A stretch of 64,000 nucleotides of DNA from Eukaryota sp. GEM-RC1 (Eukaryota). Shown here piece by piece: positions 11,701 through 21,373 of the stretch (position 1 is its first letter; each line of letters starts with the position of its first letter). Location: assembly GCA_040285855.1 (NCBI GenBank), contig JAUFOQ010000016.1:2170001-2234000 (forward strand), in the 5' to 3' direction. The position numbers were made by a program, and so were the translations under genes. Under the pieces are notes generated by a model. It was not told the origin of the DNA. It made no database searches and was given only the letters and a program-made list of their open reading frames with translations.

Positions 11701-12154
11701 GAACAAACGTTTTGATCATATGTTATGGTTGAATTGGATCGTTTTTACTGTTTTGAAAACAGTTCCCCTAATCATCTCCAAAGCTTTATTAGCAGTGAGT
11801 TCCTTTTATGAGGACAAAGCGGTTGTAAGGTTTGATAGCGACGGGTGTTGTTTTAACGATATCAAATTTTAGTTGTTACATTTATAATAAAATCAAAATA
11901 AAGTGAAAAAACGACAAAAAGTCTGTTTCATCGTTTGTTGTGAATGAATGAGTGGGTACTCAAACTCTTTCACACGATTCTACAGAGCATACTTGTTTTA
12001 GTAATTTGATGACAAATTGAAGTGTATGAGATGGTATTTAGACATTATGAAGTTAAGTGATGTTTGAAAGATTCTGCTAGTTATGGCTTGATGGCCATTG
12101 TCAGCCATTCTGCCATTCTACCATACGTCCATACGCCCATACGCGTACGGCAAA
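8764..12154. mobile_element. Non-autonomous TIR element (CCATACG subterminal family) hosting the retrotransposon
   Basis: TTTGCCATACACGTATGGGC (8764-8783) vs GCCCATACGCGTACGGCAAA (12135-12154) is an inverted repeat with 2 mismatches. CCATACG is repeated at both ends. Exact termini and TSD unresolved. Confidence 0.6.
9073..11920 (+). mobile_element. Degenerate non-LTR retrotransposon, CRE/SLACS-like (AT-hook, CCHC knuckle, RT, restriction-like endonuclease)
   Basis: RGRP; CSFCKIAGHTKTTC; RT motifs KAPGPSG, RPIAVGE, FQYG, LDFKNAFN, GVKQGDPLG, AYMDD; C-terminal HD..EP..RVD..VDV region; A-rich 3' end. Candidate TSD GTCTGTTT (9065-9072 / 11921-11928). Many stops and frameshifts. Confidence 0.85.
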
Positions 12155-12251
12155 TATATTTTTGGTTTTAGTGGAAAAAACTCCTGGGGTTTTCATTTTG
12201 GTTGCATTTTATGTAGTACCCGTGCGCTAAATTTGGAACCTCCAAACCATT

Positions 12252-13583
12252 ATGACTATGTCTGCTAACCAATTTCGAAAAACGTGAGGATCTTCCTTTG
12301 GATTCTCGCTCTTGGTTTCTCAATAGCAATCCATGTTATTTTGTTCCATGAAAACCACAATTTCTTCTAGCTGTCGCGGCCTCAATTCTTGCTCCTGGCT
12401 GTCTTTTGGGTTTCCGCCTCATTGCAGAACCAGTGACATCTAAATCTTTCAATGTGGTACTTTTTGTGTTGTTGCTCGCCTCTTTAATTCGTTTGTTTCT
12501 TGTTCGGTATCGAATGAATACAGATCAGTACGATCTGTATTTTCTTCTGATCTTAAGTTTGCAGTTTTGTTGCTTAGTTATACTCACCAACCTTGAGGTC
12601 ACACAGTCCTTCGCAGCGCTTGCTGTTATATCGGCTCTGTCCTCTATATTGTCCCGTTTGCCCGCTGGTGAACCGTTCTCAAATTCCATGTCATTTACTG
12701 CTCATATAGCGGCTCATCCGCTGGAAGATTTCAGGAAGGTTGTTAATTACCCCGAACATTACATTCGCACGGATATAGATGACGTTTTGTCTTCTCGTAC
12801 GAAAAACGGTTTCTACGTTTTGTCAGGACCCCCTGGAATAGGAAAGTCTGTGGGTCTTTTGAGCATCTTCGGAAAGAACACGTGATTTGGTTAAATGCTC
12901 GAATTACGCTCTGTGAGAATCTTCGCGACTTAGGATTCACAGTTTCGACTGATTCTGTAGATACCTGCAGAAATATACTTCACGTTGCCATACAGACCGA
13001 GAAATTCGTCCTTGTTATTGATGATGCTCAAGTTGCACCAGTTGATTCTCCAATTTTCTCACTTTATGAAGCATATGGTGCAAAACATCCTCAGTTCAGG
13101 GTATTTTTAACTGTATCCGACCATAAGCTTTACTACCGACGTCTACACGATCGTGTGCAAAGAACAGCAATTGAGATCACAGTGTTTTATCCTAGTCGCA
13201 ATGTACTTGAAGAACTCTGTAAAAGTTACAACGTGTCAGATTTTGAGAAAGTGTTTAGCATTACCGGCCCTTCTTTAGGGCTAATTGATAACTTTGTACG
13301 TGATGAAACCGAGTTAAGATTGAAGTGCTTGACGGCAGAAAGAAATTTGCGTCATACTTGTGGACCTCTCCTGCCTGTTTTGTTAAAATTCACCCGGAAC
13401 TTTACTAATGATTACAGTGCACTTGATCTCACAAAGTTATCCGTGACTGAGGATCAGTTTGAGATTCTCCTCGCCAAAAATGTTGTCTTTGGGGACTATG
13501 ACAGTGCTTTTTCCATGAACCCATTATTCGAAGAGCTGCATGTACTTTGTTTCAAGATCATGAGTTACCATCTTGTAATGTAA
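12252..13583 (+). CDS. Membrane-anchored P-loop NTPase (N-terminal TM helices plus AAA-like domain); about three single-base frameshifts in A-runs
   Basis: Walker A GPPGIGKS, Walker B VLVIDDAQ, hydrophobic N-terminus. Frames join if one A is added near 12270, 12352 and 12873. Confidence 0.7.
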
Positions 13584-15029
13584 CTCTTTGTCATCAAATG
13601 TAGTTATAGGTTTGTTGCTTTATTGTTTCAAAGTTATTTTGTAAATCTCTCTTTATAAACTGTTCAAAGTATATAAAGTACAACATCAACATTGGTGGAA
13701 AAGTGATTAAGAAGGGTAAGGGATACACCGATCTTCTGTATAATGCCACAACTGATCATTTAAACGACTATCAAAGTTATGAATCTGCAGAACATCAAAA
13801 ATATATTAAAATATTAAAATATTGTTCAATATGATTTTCCAATTCTTGCCAAAACGAAAATACTAGTACTAGTAAGAGGATTGTGGTGTTGGAATAGATT
13901 TTATTTTTACTATGGTTTTCACTCCAAACAAACGAACAGTTTGATAACATTTCTTGTTCTAGATACGTGTAAACAGGGATCGGTATTTATTGTATTGTAT
14001 TGCACTTTTGCAAACTCCAACAATAGATAATTGTATTGTTAATCAAAATCACAAATTATTGTGAACAATATACAGTAGATTCTATTTGTACTCAAAAATA
14101 TCATTAACTAACATTTGCTAGTATGATACAGTCGATTTTGCAATGGTCAGTAGTGTTAATGATGGCATAACTAGTTCATGGATGTACAAAAAGTAATTTA
14201 CGATCGAAACACCACACATCTATTGGTAAAAGGGATGGCTATACAAAATCGTTGAAGAAAAATGAAATACAAGTACAATATACACGTATTTCTACACTCA
14301 ACTTAGTATATGGTCCAGCAGATTGGCGGTAACAAGTGTTTGAAGGTATAACCCATCATATTCAAAATTCGTGCATTTGTTAGCTACAAAGATTGTCTTA
14401 GGGTGTCATTCATTCAGAAGTAGACCGTCGCCATTGATATAATGTTTGAAGACAATAAATGCTAAAGAAAAACCAGAATTTAACACGAACTGTGAGAGTA
14501 AACAAACAGTAAGAAGCTGCTGCTCGGTGGAATAGACGAATCTCCATGTACCAGCAACGTACTTGTCTAAAATAGAATGCATATAGTGTTCACATGGAAA
14601 ACACAACAACCAATATTTACTTTTTATGGCGATAGTTTTGGACACATACATGACAATTTAATTCACTGGAGTGGATGGATGTGGGCTGCAGCGGTTGATA
14701 ACCGCAAAATTTGATGTGTCTTTTGGGTGCTTTTGCGTGTTTTTTCGAAAAAATTTTCTCATCAACTATACAGAGTTTGACTATCAAAACATTGTTTTGG
14801 ACCAATTCTTGCCTTTGTCTGACATCCCATCACTGAATCTTGGATTCTTTGGTTCTGTTGAGTTGAATTGGTGTTCTAGGTTTGTTTGACAGCGTATCAT
14901 GTCAGAATTTTTGCCACTTATTGTTGGCATTGTAGTCTGTTGTGGTATAACATATTGGAAAACATTCAAGTCGAACAATACCGAGGGAAATAAAAGGGTA
15001 CTTTCGAAGTTTTCTAGATTTTTAACAGA

Positions 15030-15132
15030 AAAACACGTACACACGCGGTGTCTTTTTGCGTGTCTTTTTACGTGTTTTTGACAAGACACCGTGTCCGTGT
15101 CCAAACGTGTCCTCGCGTGTCTTCGAACACTG
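15030..15132. repeat. Solo TIR-element end with ACACG/CGTGT subterminal motifs
   Basis: Cluster of CGTGT motifs ending in GTGTCTTCGAACACTG (reverse complement starts CAGTG); partner end not found. Confidence 0.45.
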
Positions 15133-15199
15133 ATTGTGGTACTCGAACAATAAATAATTGGGATAAATTGTATTTAAATTATTTGTAGTGCAATTATTT

Positions 15200-15793
15200 A
15201 GTTCCGATCATGGAACGCAAATGTTCCGTACCGAGGCGATTTTAGGCGTATCGTACCGTGACAGTACGTGTGTCGGTACTGTACTTTTGACCGACTAAAA
15301 TAAATTACAGTGTAGTTTAACAGTTACCATCGTCATAAGTTCTACCGTTCAACATAGCTCAGGATATCATCATCGTGGTTGTCACATATATTCACATTTA
15401 GAGTACGTCATTTGCTGATCACAACTTCGTCAAAATGACATTTCTTCGTACGAAGCTCAGCAATCGCTCGAAATCATCAATAGTTGTTACGTCTTCGAAT
15501 CACAATGCGTTTAACGAGTGACTACGACGTAATATAACAATGATAAAGAGGCCCAAAAACCCACAGACTGGATTTCTAAAGGATCAGAAGATGTCGTAGC
15601 AATTTGCACTAGTACTGTGTTTGACTGGTGAATGATCCTCCACTCAAAAGATAGTTATTGTAAATCCATTTAGATTATTCATAAATAGACTCTATATTAA
15701 TATCACATGACATCGGTACGGATAAAAGAAATCAGTACGTACCGAACCGTACCGTACGTACCAAAGATTTGCGCACATTGGTTCCGATCACTG
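15200..15793. mobile_element. Degenerate MITE-like element with GTACCG/CGTAC subterminal motifs
   Basis: CGTAC/GTACC clusters at 15225-15285 and 15715-15762; right end GTTCCGATCACTG; left end degraded. Confidence 0.4.
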
Positions 15794-15947
15794 CACGGTG
15801 TAAATCCAAAAGTAAATTTACGGAGAAATACGTTTCCGTATTGCAATTATTTACGGAGTTGTCTGAAAAGTTACTGTTTATATTTTGACGATCGCTGAGT
15901 GACACTGAACAACAAACATAGAATAGATTTATTTACACAAAAAAACA

Positions 15948-16583
15948 CTACTTCCTTAGTTGCTCTAAACGCTGCATTAACTCCGTGTCCTCAGATGACT
16001 GTTGAGTAGATGCAACCGCCGAGGGATTGTTTGCAACATTTGGGAGAGAACCATCGATATCAAGACCAATTTCTTGGAATACAGCATTAACAACTTCCTC
16101 GGTTTCTTCCTCCTCGTCGTCTTCAGCAAAGACATCATCTAGAGTATCATCAACCATCTCCTGTTTCGAATTCATCATTTCATTTTGTTGTTCAAACTGC
16201 ATCATTGTTCGTTGGAGCCCAGGAAGATTCAGTTGGGCATTCATTTTACCCATTGCCTGAGCAGTTTTTTGCATGACATTAGTGAGGGCTTGAGTAGATT
16301 TAAGAGTTTGTAACCGCAGGGAGACAGCTTGAAGTTGCGTCTTCATACGATAAAACTTGTCAACATTCTTTCTGGTACGAACAAGATCTTTGGCCATGAT
16401 TTTGGCAGCATTGGTCTGTCCCGCTTTAGCCATTTTCTTAATCTCGACAATACATTGTTGTTCTTGACGTTGAAGTTTCGCTCGTTCACGGTCAAGTTCG
16501 CGAATCGACCTATCAATAGACCGCTTATGTTCTTTAAGCTGTTCTTCTAGTGTTTTGCGTTTACCAAAGATCCCGAAGGGCAT
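15948..16583 (-). CDS. VPS2: ESCRT-III subunit Vps2/CHMP2A
   Basis: RELDRER, EIKKMAK.GQ..AAKIMAKDLVRTR, QLQAVSLRLQTLKS and the C-terminal MIM-like LMQRLEQLRK. Likely start is MPFGIFGK at 16583. Confidence 0.95.
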   Translation of the reverse strand: MPFGIFGKRKTLEEQLKEHKRSIDRSIRELDRERAKLQRQEQQCIVEIKKMAKAGQTNAAKIMAKDLVRTRKNVDKFYRMKTQLQAVSLRLQTLKSTQALTNVMQKTAQAMGKMNAQLNLPGLQRTMMQFEQQNEMMNSKQEMVDDTLDDVFAEDDEEEETEEVVNAVFQEIGLDIDGSLPNVANNPSAVASTQQSSEDTELMQRLEQLRK

Positions 16584-17707
16584 TAGAGTGGATGGGGAGA
16601 ATTTTTGACAGTTGAATTTCGTCCACCCAATTAATGGTAAAATCCTCCAACATACTGTTTGTCTGAAAAAGGTCTCCAAAACAACTTCTCTGTTATATGC
16701 TTCATGGGAAAATTCTTCTATGTATATCAGTTGTAATAGGTGATAAAAATTGATATTTGTACAAACAACTGTAGGGTAGTTGTGGCTAAAAATAAATACA
16801 GTAAGCACTGCATTTATTTGCTCTTCGTAAAGTCCTCTCGATTTGCAGTGTTTCCGTATTGACGTACTTCTGCATTACTGAAATGTAATTTGTTAAACCT
16901 CAACGATAAATCAAACCAACAGATCAACAACAAACAAAACATTGTTGGAACTTGTATCAAGATCGTTCTTAATTTGATACATTCTAAAGTAGAAATATGG
17001 TTTAAAATCTTCATTCTGAAAGACAGATTAAGATGTCTTCTTGTCTTCATTTATTATTGTTCTTCAGCAAAGCTACTTTGTGTCAATAATTCACAATTTT
17101 TTTGTCATATTAATGGCCACATTCCAACTGTTACAGCCCAACTTATTCTACTTTAATGAAGCAATTCGTTGCTGTTCTAAAGAAGCTAACTTCAATTAAT
17201 GTTGAAGATCGACAATATATTTTATTGTCCGCATTAAAATGGTTAATAAGTTATTAGTATGGTGAATATCACTACTAATGTCTAATTCAGACTAATCAGT
17301 ATTGAAGTCGTTTTGGATCTCCGTTACAAAAATCTATTGGCTAATCATCGCCGACTGGAAAATGATAAAATAGAACTTCCACGTGCAAAACTTTCATTTT
17401 GGGTAGGGAATCATACACAAAATGTACACATACACTAACTGACTCGTACCAGTAACAAATTGTGGTGGAAGTGTTGGATTATTTTTCTATAATGAATTGA
17501 TTGACAACAACACTACAGTATACATACATCTCATCATCAATATCCTCAAAGTCCAGATTGTCTATCTGGAAATTCTCACCTACCTTGTCCTCATAATGTC
17601 AGCCAAGATATAATAAAGCGCTAGATATAGAAGTCACTATACCTTTGAAGATAGCAACCACAATTCGACCAAAGAAATTCTGCTTGTGTTCTGATGTTTC
17701 TTACTAA

Positions 17708-19078
17708 ATGTCTCTAATTCCTTATGACGACTCTGATATTGAGGAACCTTCTCAAACAGCTCTAGCTGATATTACCACAACCACTGATTTACTTCAATAT
17801 CTGCCCACAAAACCTATTCCCAACACAGCAGGAAATGTCGCTGAACACTCAATGAATGATCGGTCCTTCAAACGCATATTTTATCAAGAACTCAATGATC
17901 AGAGAAAACGGTCATTCCATTCCTTGAAATCTGAATCCTCTGAGAAACAATCAGACTCGGTACAACCTGACTCTACCATCTCAATTCCTCCCACAAAAAC
18001 TTCGCGTGTTAAGCTTTCTAGACCCATCTCTGTCTTCCATGGTGAATCACTCAAAGACTACTTAGGAAGGTCATGGCTTTTTACTACACATAACTACACT
18101 TCCCCATCCACTCTTCTGATTCCTTCAAAATCAAAGCTGTCAATACCGGTGCAAACTGAAGATCCACTTCAAAATGTTCTCTTCCTTCCTTTCACGAATG
18201 TATGTGCTGTTGTTTTCACTTCTTTTGTTGACGTTTACGAGATCCCCATCCTGATTCAATCAGATCTCCCACTTTCTAAGAAACTTACTCTTACAGTTCC
18301 TTTCTCTATTGCCCACATGGCTGTATCTTCTACTTTAGTGGCTGTAGCTTCATTCACATCTCTAGTTGTTTTCGATGTGTCCACAAATGAAGTTGTGCAT
18401 GAGGAAACCTTTGAATTTATCACCGCTATTGCCTTTAGTAAGCTTGATTCCACGACTTCTACTGGCTTTCTCTTCATTTGTAGTAAAGATACAATCTCTG
18501 CTCTAAATACAAATACTTTCTCCACTTCCTTCTCTCTTATAGAAGAACATGGATCTTCTGTAACTTCACTATGGCATCTTCCTTCACGAGTCTCGCAAGA
18601 AGCTTCTACACGTGAGACAATCTTGACTTTTTCTGAATCTGGTGTCGTCACCATTAGGAGGAAGAGCTCACGTGGATTCGAGGTCGTTAAGAGTATTAAC
18701 TCTGCAGCTTTGTCTAAAAGAGCTACACCTGCTACTGATATGTTTATTTCCGGTGATTTGACTTGCTTTTGTTTAGCTATTCCTGAAGGCAAGACGGTGG
18801 GATTTTTTGATGTTGTAATGTATAGAATTGAACAAATCACGGAACGAAGGGATAAATTCAGAGCGTTTAAAGTTCGAAGCAATGGAAAAATGTGTTTTTC
18901 ATATTCCGAAAAGTTGTTTTTTAGTGTTTTTAATTCTCAAGTTATTTGTGTCAACACCGCAACTACAAAGCCATGCAAAATGATTAAATCTGGTAATGTT
19001 ACAAATATCTCTTCGCATGATATCCTACCAGTGTTTGCAGTGTGTTGTGAAAGTTCTGTGGTGTTTTACCAGCCATAG
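17708..19078 (+). CDS. PRP17: Divergent pre-mRNA splicing factor Prp17/CDC40 (WD40-like)
   Basis: N-terminal MSLIPYDDSD; FHGESLKDYLGRSWL followed by IPSK recalls the Prp17 H....DYQGRSY...LPKK signature; beta-rich C-terminus without clear WD dipeptides. Confidence 0.6.
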   Translation: MSLIPYDDSDIEEPSQTALADITTTTDLLQYLPTKPIPNTAGNVAEHSMNDRSFKRIFYQELNDQRKRSFHSLKSESSEKQSDSVQPDSTISIPPTKTSRVKLSRPISVFHGESLKDYLGRSWLFTTHNYTSPSTLLIPSKSKLSIPVQTEDPLQNVLFLPFTNVCAVVFTSFVDVYEIPILIQSDLPLSKKLTLTVPFSIAHMAVSSTLVAVASFTSLVVFDVSTNEVVHEETFEFITAIAFSKLDSTTSTGFLFICSKDTISALNTNTFSTSFSLIEEHGSSVTSLWHLPSRVSQEASTRETILTFSESGVVTIRRKSSRGFEVVKSINSAALSKRATPATDMFISGDLTCFCLAIPEGKTVGFFDVVMYRIEQITERRDKFRAFKVRSNGKMCFSYSEKLFFSVFNSQVICVNTATTKPCKMIKSGNVTNISSHDILPVFAVCCESSVVFYQP

Positions 19079-19164
19079 AAAAAATACAAAATTAAAATAA
19101 CAAGCAATGTTTAAAACACACTACTAGTATAATAACGATTAAACTTAAAATAAATACTAAAAAA

Positions 19165-20373
19165 CTATTCATCATCATCATCTCTAGATCTCTTTGGTGA
19201 TGGCTCTCCTATTTTGACTTCTGTTGAATCATCTTGCTTAACTTCAACTTCTTCTGTCTTGACTTCGTCGTCAACTTCTTTCATAACGTTCGAAATCTTT
19301 GTTAGAATGTCATTAGGAATTTCTGCACACTTCCATCCACATAGAACAAACCCATCACCAGATCCATTTCCAGGTGCGTAATTCATTACAGGTCTCGATA
19401 TACCAGGTGCAACATTCATTGGGGTAACAGAAAGCTCCCGTATACACAACATTAGAGCAATGTTATGAGTTTTGAAGAGAATTCTGAGTTTAAGTAAAGG
19501 ATCGACAGAAATGTTCCAGATAGCAAAGGGAGCGCCAGATACCAAATGATGCCAAACAGCAAGAGTTAGAGGAAGTTCTTGGGAGGTAGCGACCATGACC
19601 AGAGATCTACACCTTAACGACGGCAGTGTGGAAGCTGATTCGATGGAGTGGGAGTTAGTAGGTTCAGGACAACCAGAGAGAGTGGCAAGATGATGACGAC
19701 AAGAAAAGGAAGTGTGGACAACGTGTATCGGGCGACCTGGAGAACGTCTATAGACAGCGGAATACAGAAGGCCATCAGTGGAATCAAATACGAGAGCAGG
19801 AGACGGTGCAGGTCCAGTGCCGGCAAGTTGAATTACGTAAGAAAGAGCATCAGGGGTCAAAAAACAAATACGGTCAGGAGACTTCTTCAGAAACGTGAAG
19901 CAGACTACACGTGGTGTAACTTCCTGAAGGTAGTAAGATTTATTGTGTTTGCGTTTCTTACGAGCAATATACTTCTGCTGAGCAAACACAGTACGTTCCT
20001 GAAAGGTTTTACTGTTTTCACACAGAACTGATACCAGCGAGTCTTTGTTTTCCCCGTTTTTGATAGCTGCAATGTCATCTTGTTGTAACGACTGTGCTGT
20101 TTGATCATCATTAATGTTTTGGTTAGTCTTTTGGTCTCCTTCACCAAGAATCAGAGGCCAAGGAGGAAGACCAGGTGGATCAACGGCTTGAAACTGTTTA
20201 TTTGAGACTAGAACGTGTGATCCATAAGGTAGTCCAATGAGATTATCAATAAGTGGATTTTCGGTTCGACTAAGTTTTAGAGTTTTGCCCTGGGTAAGAG
20301 GATCAGAGATAAAGTAATGTCCATCAAATGTTAAGGAGACACGGTGACCTTCTTCAACAAGAGGAAGAGGCAT
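19165..20373 (-). CDS. TRM6: tRNA m1A58 methyltransferase non-catalytic subunit
   Basis: LIGLPYGS, NQNINDDQTAQSL..DI, SKTFQERTVFAQQKYIARKKRKH and RPVM are Gcd10/Trm6 motifs. Confidence 0.9.
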   Translation of the reverse strand: MPLPLVEEGHRVSLTFDGHYFISDPLTQGKTLKLSRTENPLIDNLIGLPYGSHVLVSNKQFQAVDPPGLPPWPLILGEGDQKTNQNINDDQTAQSLQQDDIAAIKNGENKDSLVSVLCENSKTFQERTVFAQQKYIARKKRKHNKSYYLQEVTPRVVCFTFLKKSPDRICFLTPDALSYVIQLAGTGPAPSPALVFDSTDGLLYSAVYRRSPGRPIHVVHTSFSCRHHLATLSGCPEPTNSHSIESASTLPSLRCRSLVMVATSQELPLTLAVWHHLVSGAPFAIWNISVDPLLKLRILFKTHNIALMLCIRELSVTPMNVAPGISRPVMNYAPGNGSGDGFVLCGWKCAEIPNDILTKISNVMKEVDDEVKTEEVEVKQDDSTEVKIGEPSPKRSRDDDDE

Positions 20374-20750
20374 TGAAGGAAAGATTCACAGTCAGAAGAG
20401 GTTATTTCCTTCAACTTCAACTCTTTTACAAACTATTGATATGACAGTACCTTTTTCCTACATCTCCGAACCTCACAACACATGGAACCAGTTTTACAGT
20501 ATTGCTACAAAGTGCTTCTAAAGCAATTCAAAAAAACTTTCTACAATAAATACGGTAACAATACCATTTTGGTGAACACATATTGCCAGTAATTGTTATT
20601 GGGGTACAATAAACATACTACAGTAATAGATGTATTTGTCCGAATCCTTGAGTTTACGTCTTGATTTTCAATTCTCGGTGGAGAAACTTTCATGATTCCA
20701 GTGAAATTGTCATTGATGTTACAACATCATTGGAACCATGTGTTTAAACA

Positions 20751-20915
20751 CAGGGACTGCAACAATTGATTGCTATTGAAATAAATTGGTATAACCAATA
20801 GTGTTTATTGATTGCAACCCATTTTCCATTAAAATTAATAAATACCAATTATTGACTGGGGTCAAGAATTGAATTTGCTGGCAATCGTATTGTAAAAAAT
20901 TGTTGCCATTCACTG
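20751..20915. mobile_element. hAT-like MITE (CAAT/ATTG motifs)
   Basis: Imperfect TIR CAGGGACTGCAACAATT / AATTGTTGCCATTCACTG. GTTTAAAC lies on both flanks (left copy offset by 1 nt). Confidence 0.55.
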
Positions 20916-21039
20916 GTTTAAACTTATGTTAACAGCATGGCTTTAAACGGTTTTAACACTCACAATCGGCCATAAACCGTAAAAAAGATTTTTGTAAATT
21001 ATGTACAACACATACTTGGGAATGCTAATGAAAGAGCAA

Positions 21040-21175
21040 TTTTCACTCCAACTCGACTTACTACAGTAGTAAAATTTTGACAGAACTCCAACTCGACTCC
21101 AACTCGTAGAAATTTGGAGTGAAGTAGAGTTTGGAGTCTTGGAGTAGAACTCGAGTGGAGTTTTGCCCATCCCTA
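21040..21175. repeat. Solo TIR-element end with ACTCCA/ACTCG motifs
   Basis: Repeated ACTCCAACTCG/TGGAGT ending GCCCATCCCTA (TAGGGATGGGC on the reverse strand, hAT-like). Confidence 0.45.
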
Positions 21176-21373
21176 TCCATGTACTTTACCGCTTAACTGT
21201 AGGCCTACTAAAAAGTGATCAGAAAGTTGTTCAAGTGTTGCTTGGTCGTAAACTGGGATCTCGCAAAGATTACGAGCTTTGTGCTAATGTGTCAGTTATT
21301 TGCAAAAATTATTATTGAAGTTTACAAAAACAAACTACAAAAATTAAACTAAAAAATACTTCTACGACACAGA

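Noticed and set aside
16584..16808. N-terminal extension of the VPS2 ORF (likewise the TTG-started extensions of the Rab and VPS55 ORFs and the upstream ATG of SNF8)
   Set aside because: Family similarity begins at the downstream ATG in each case.
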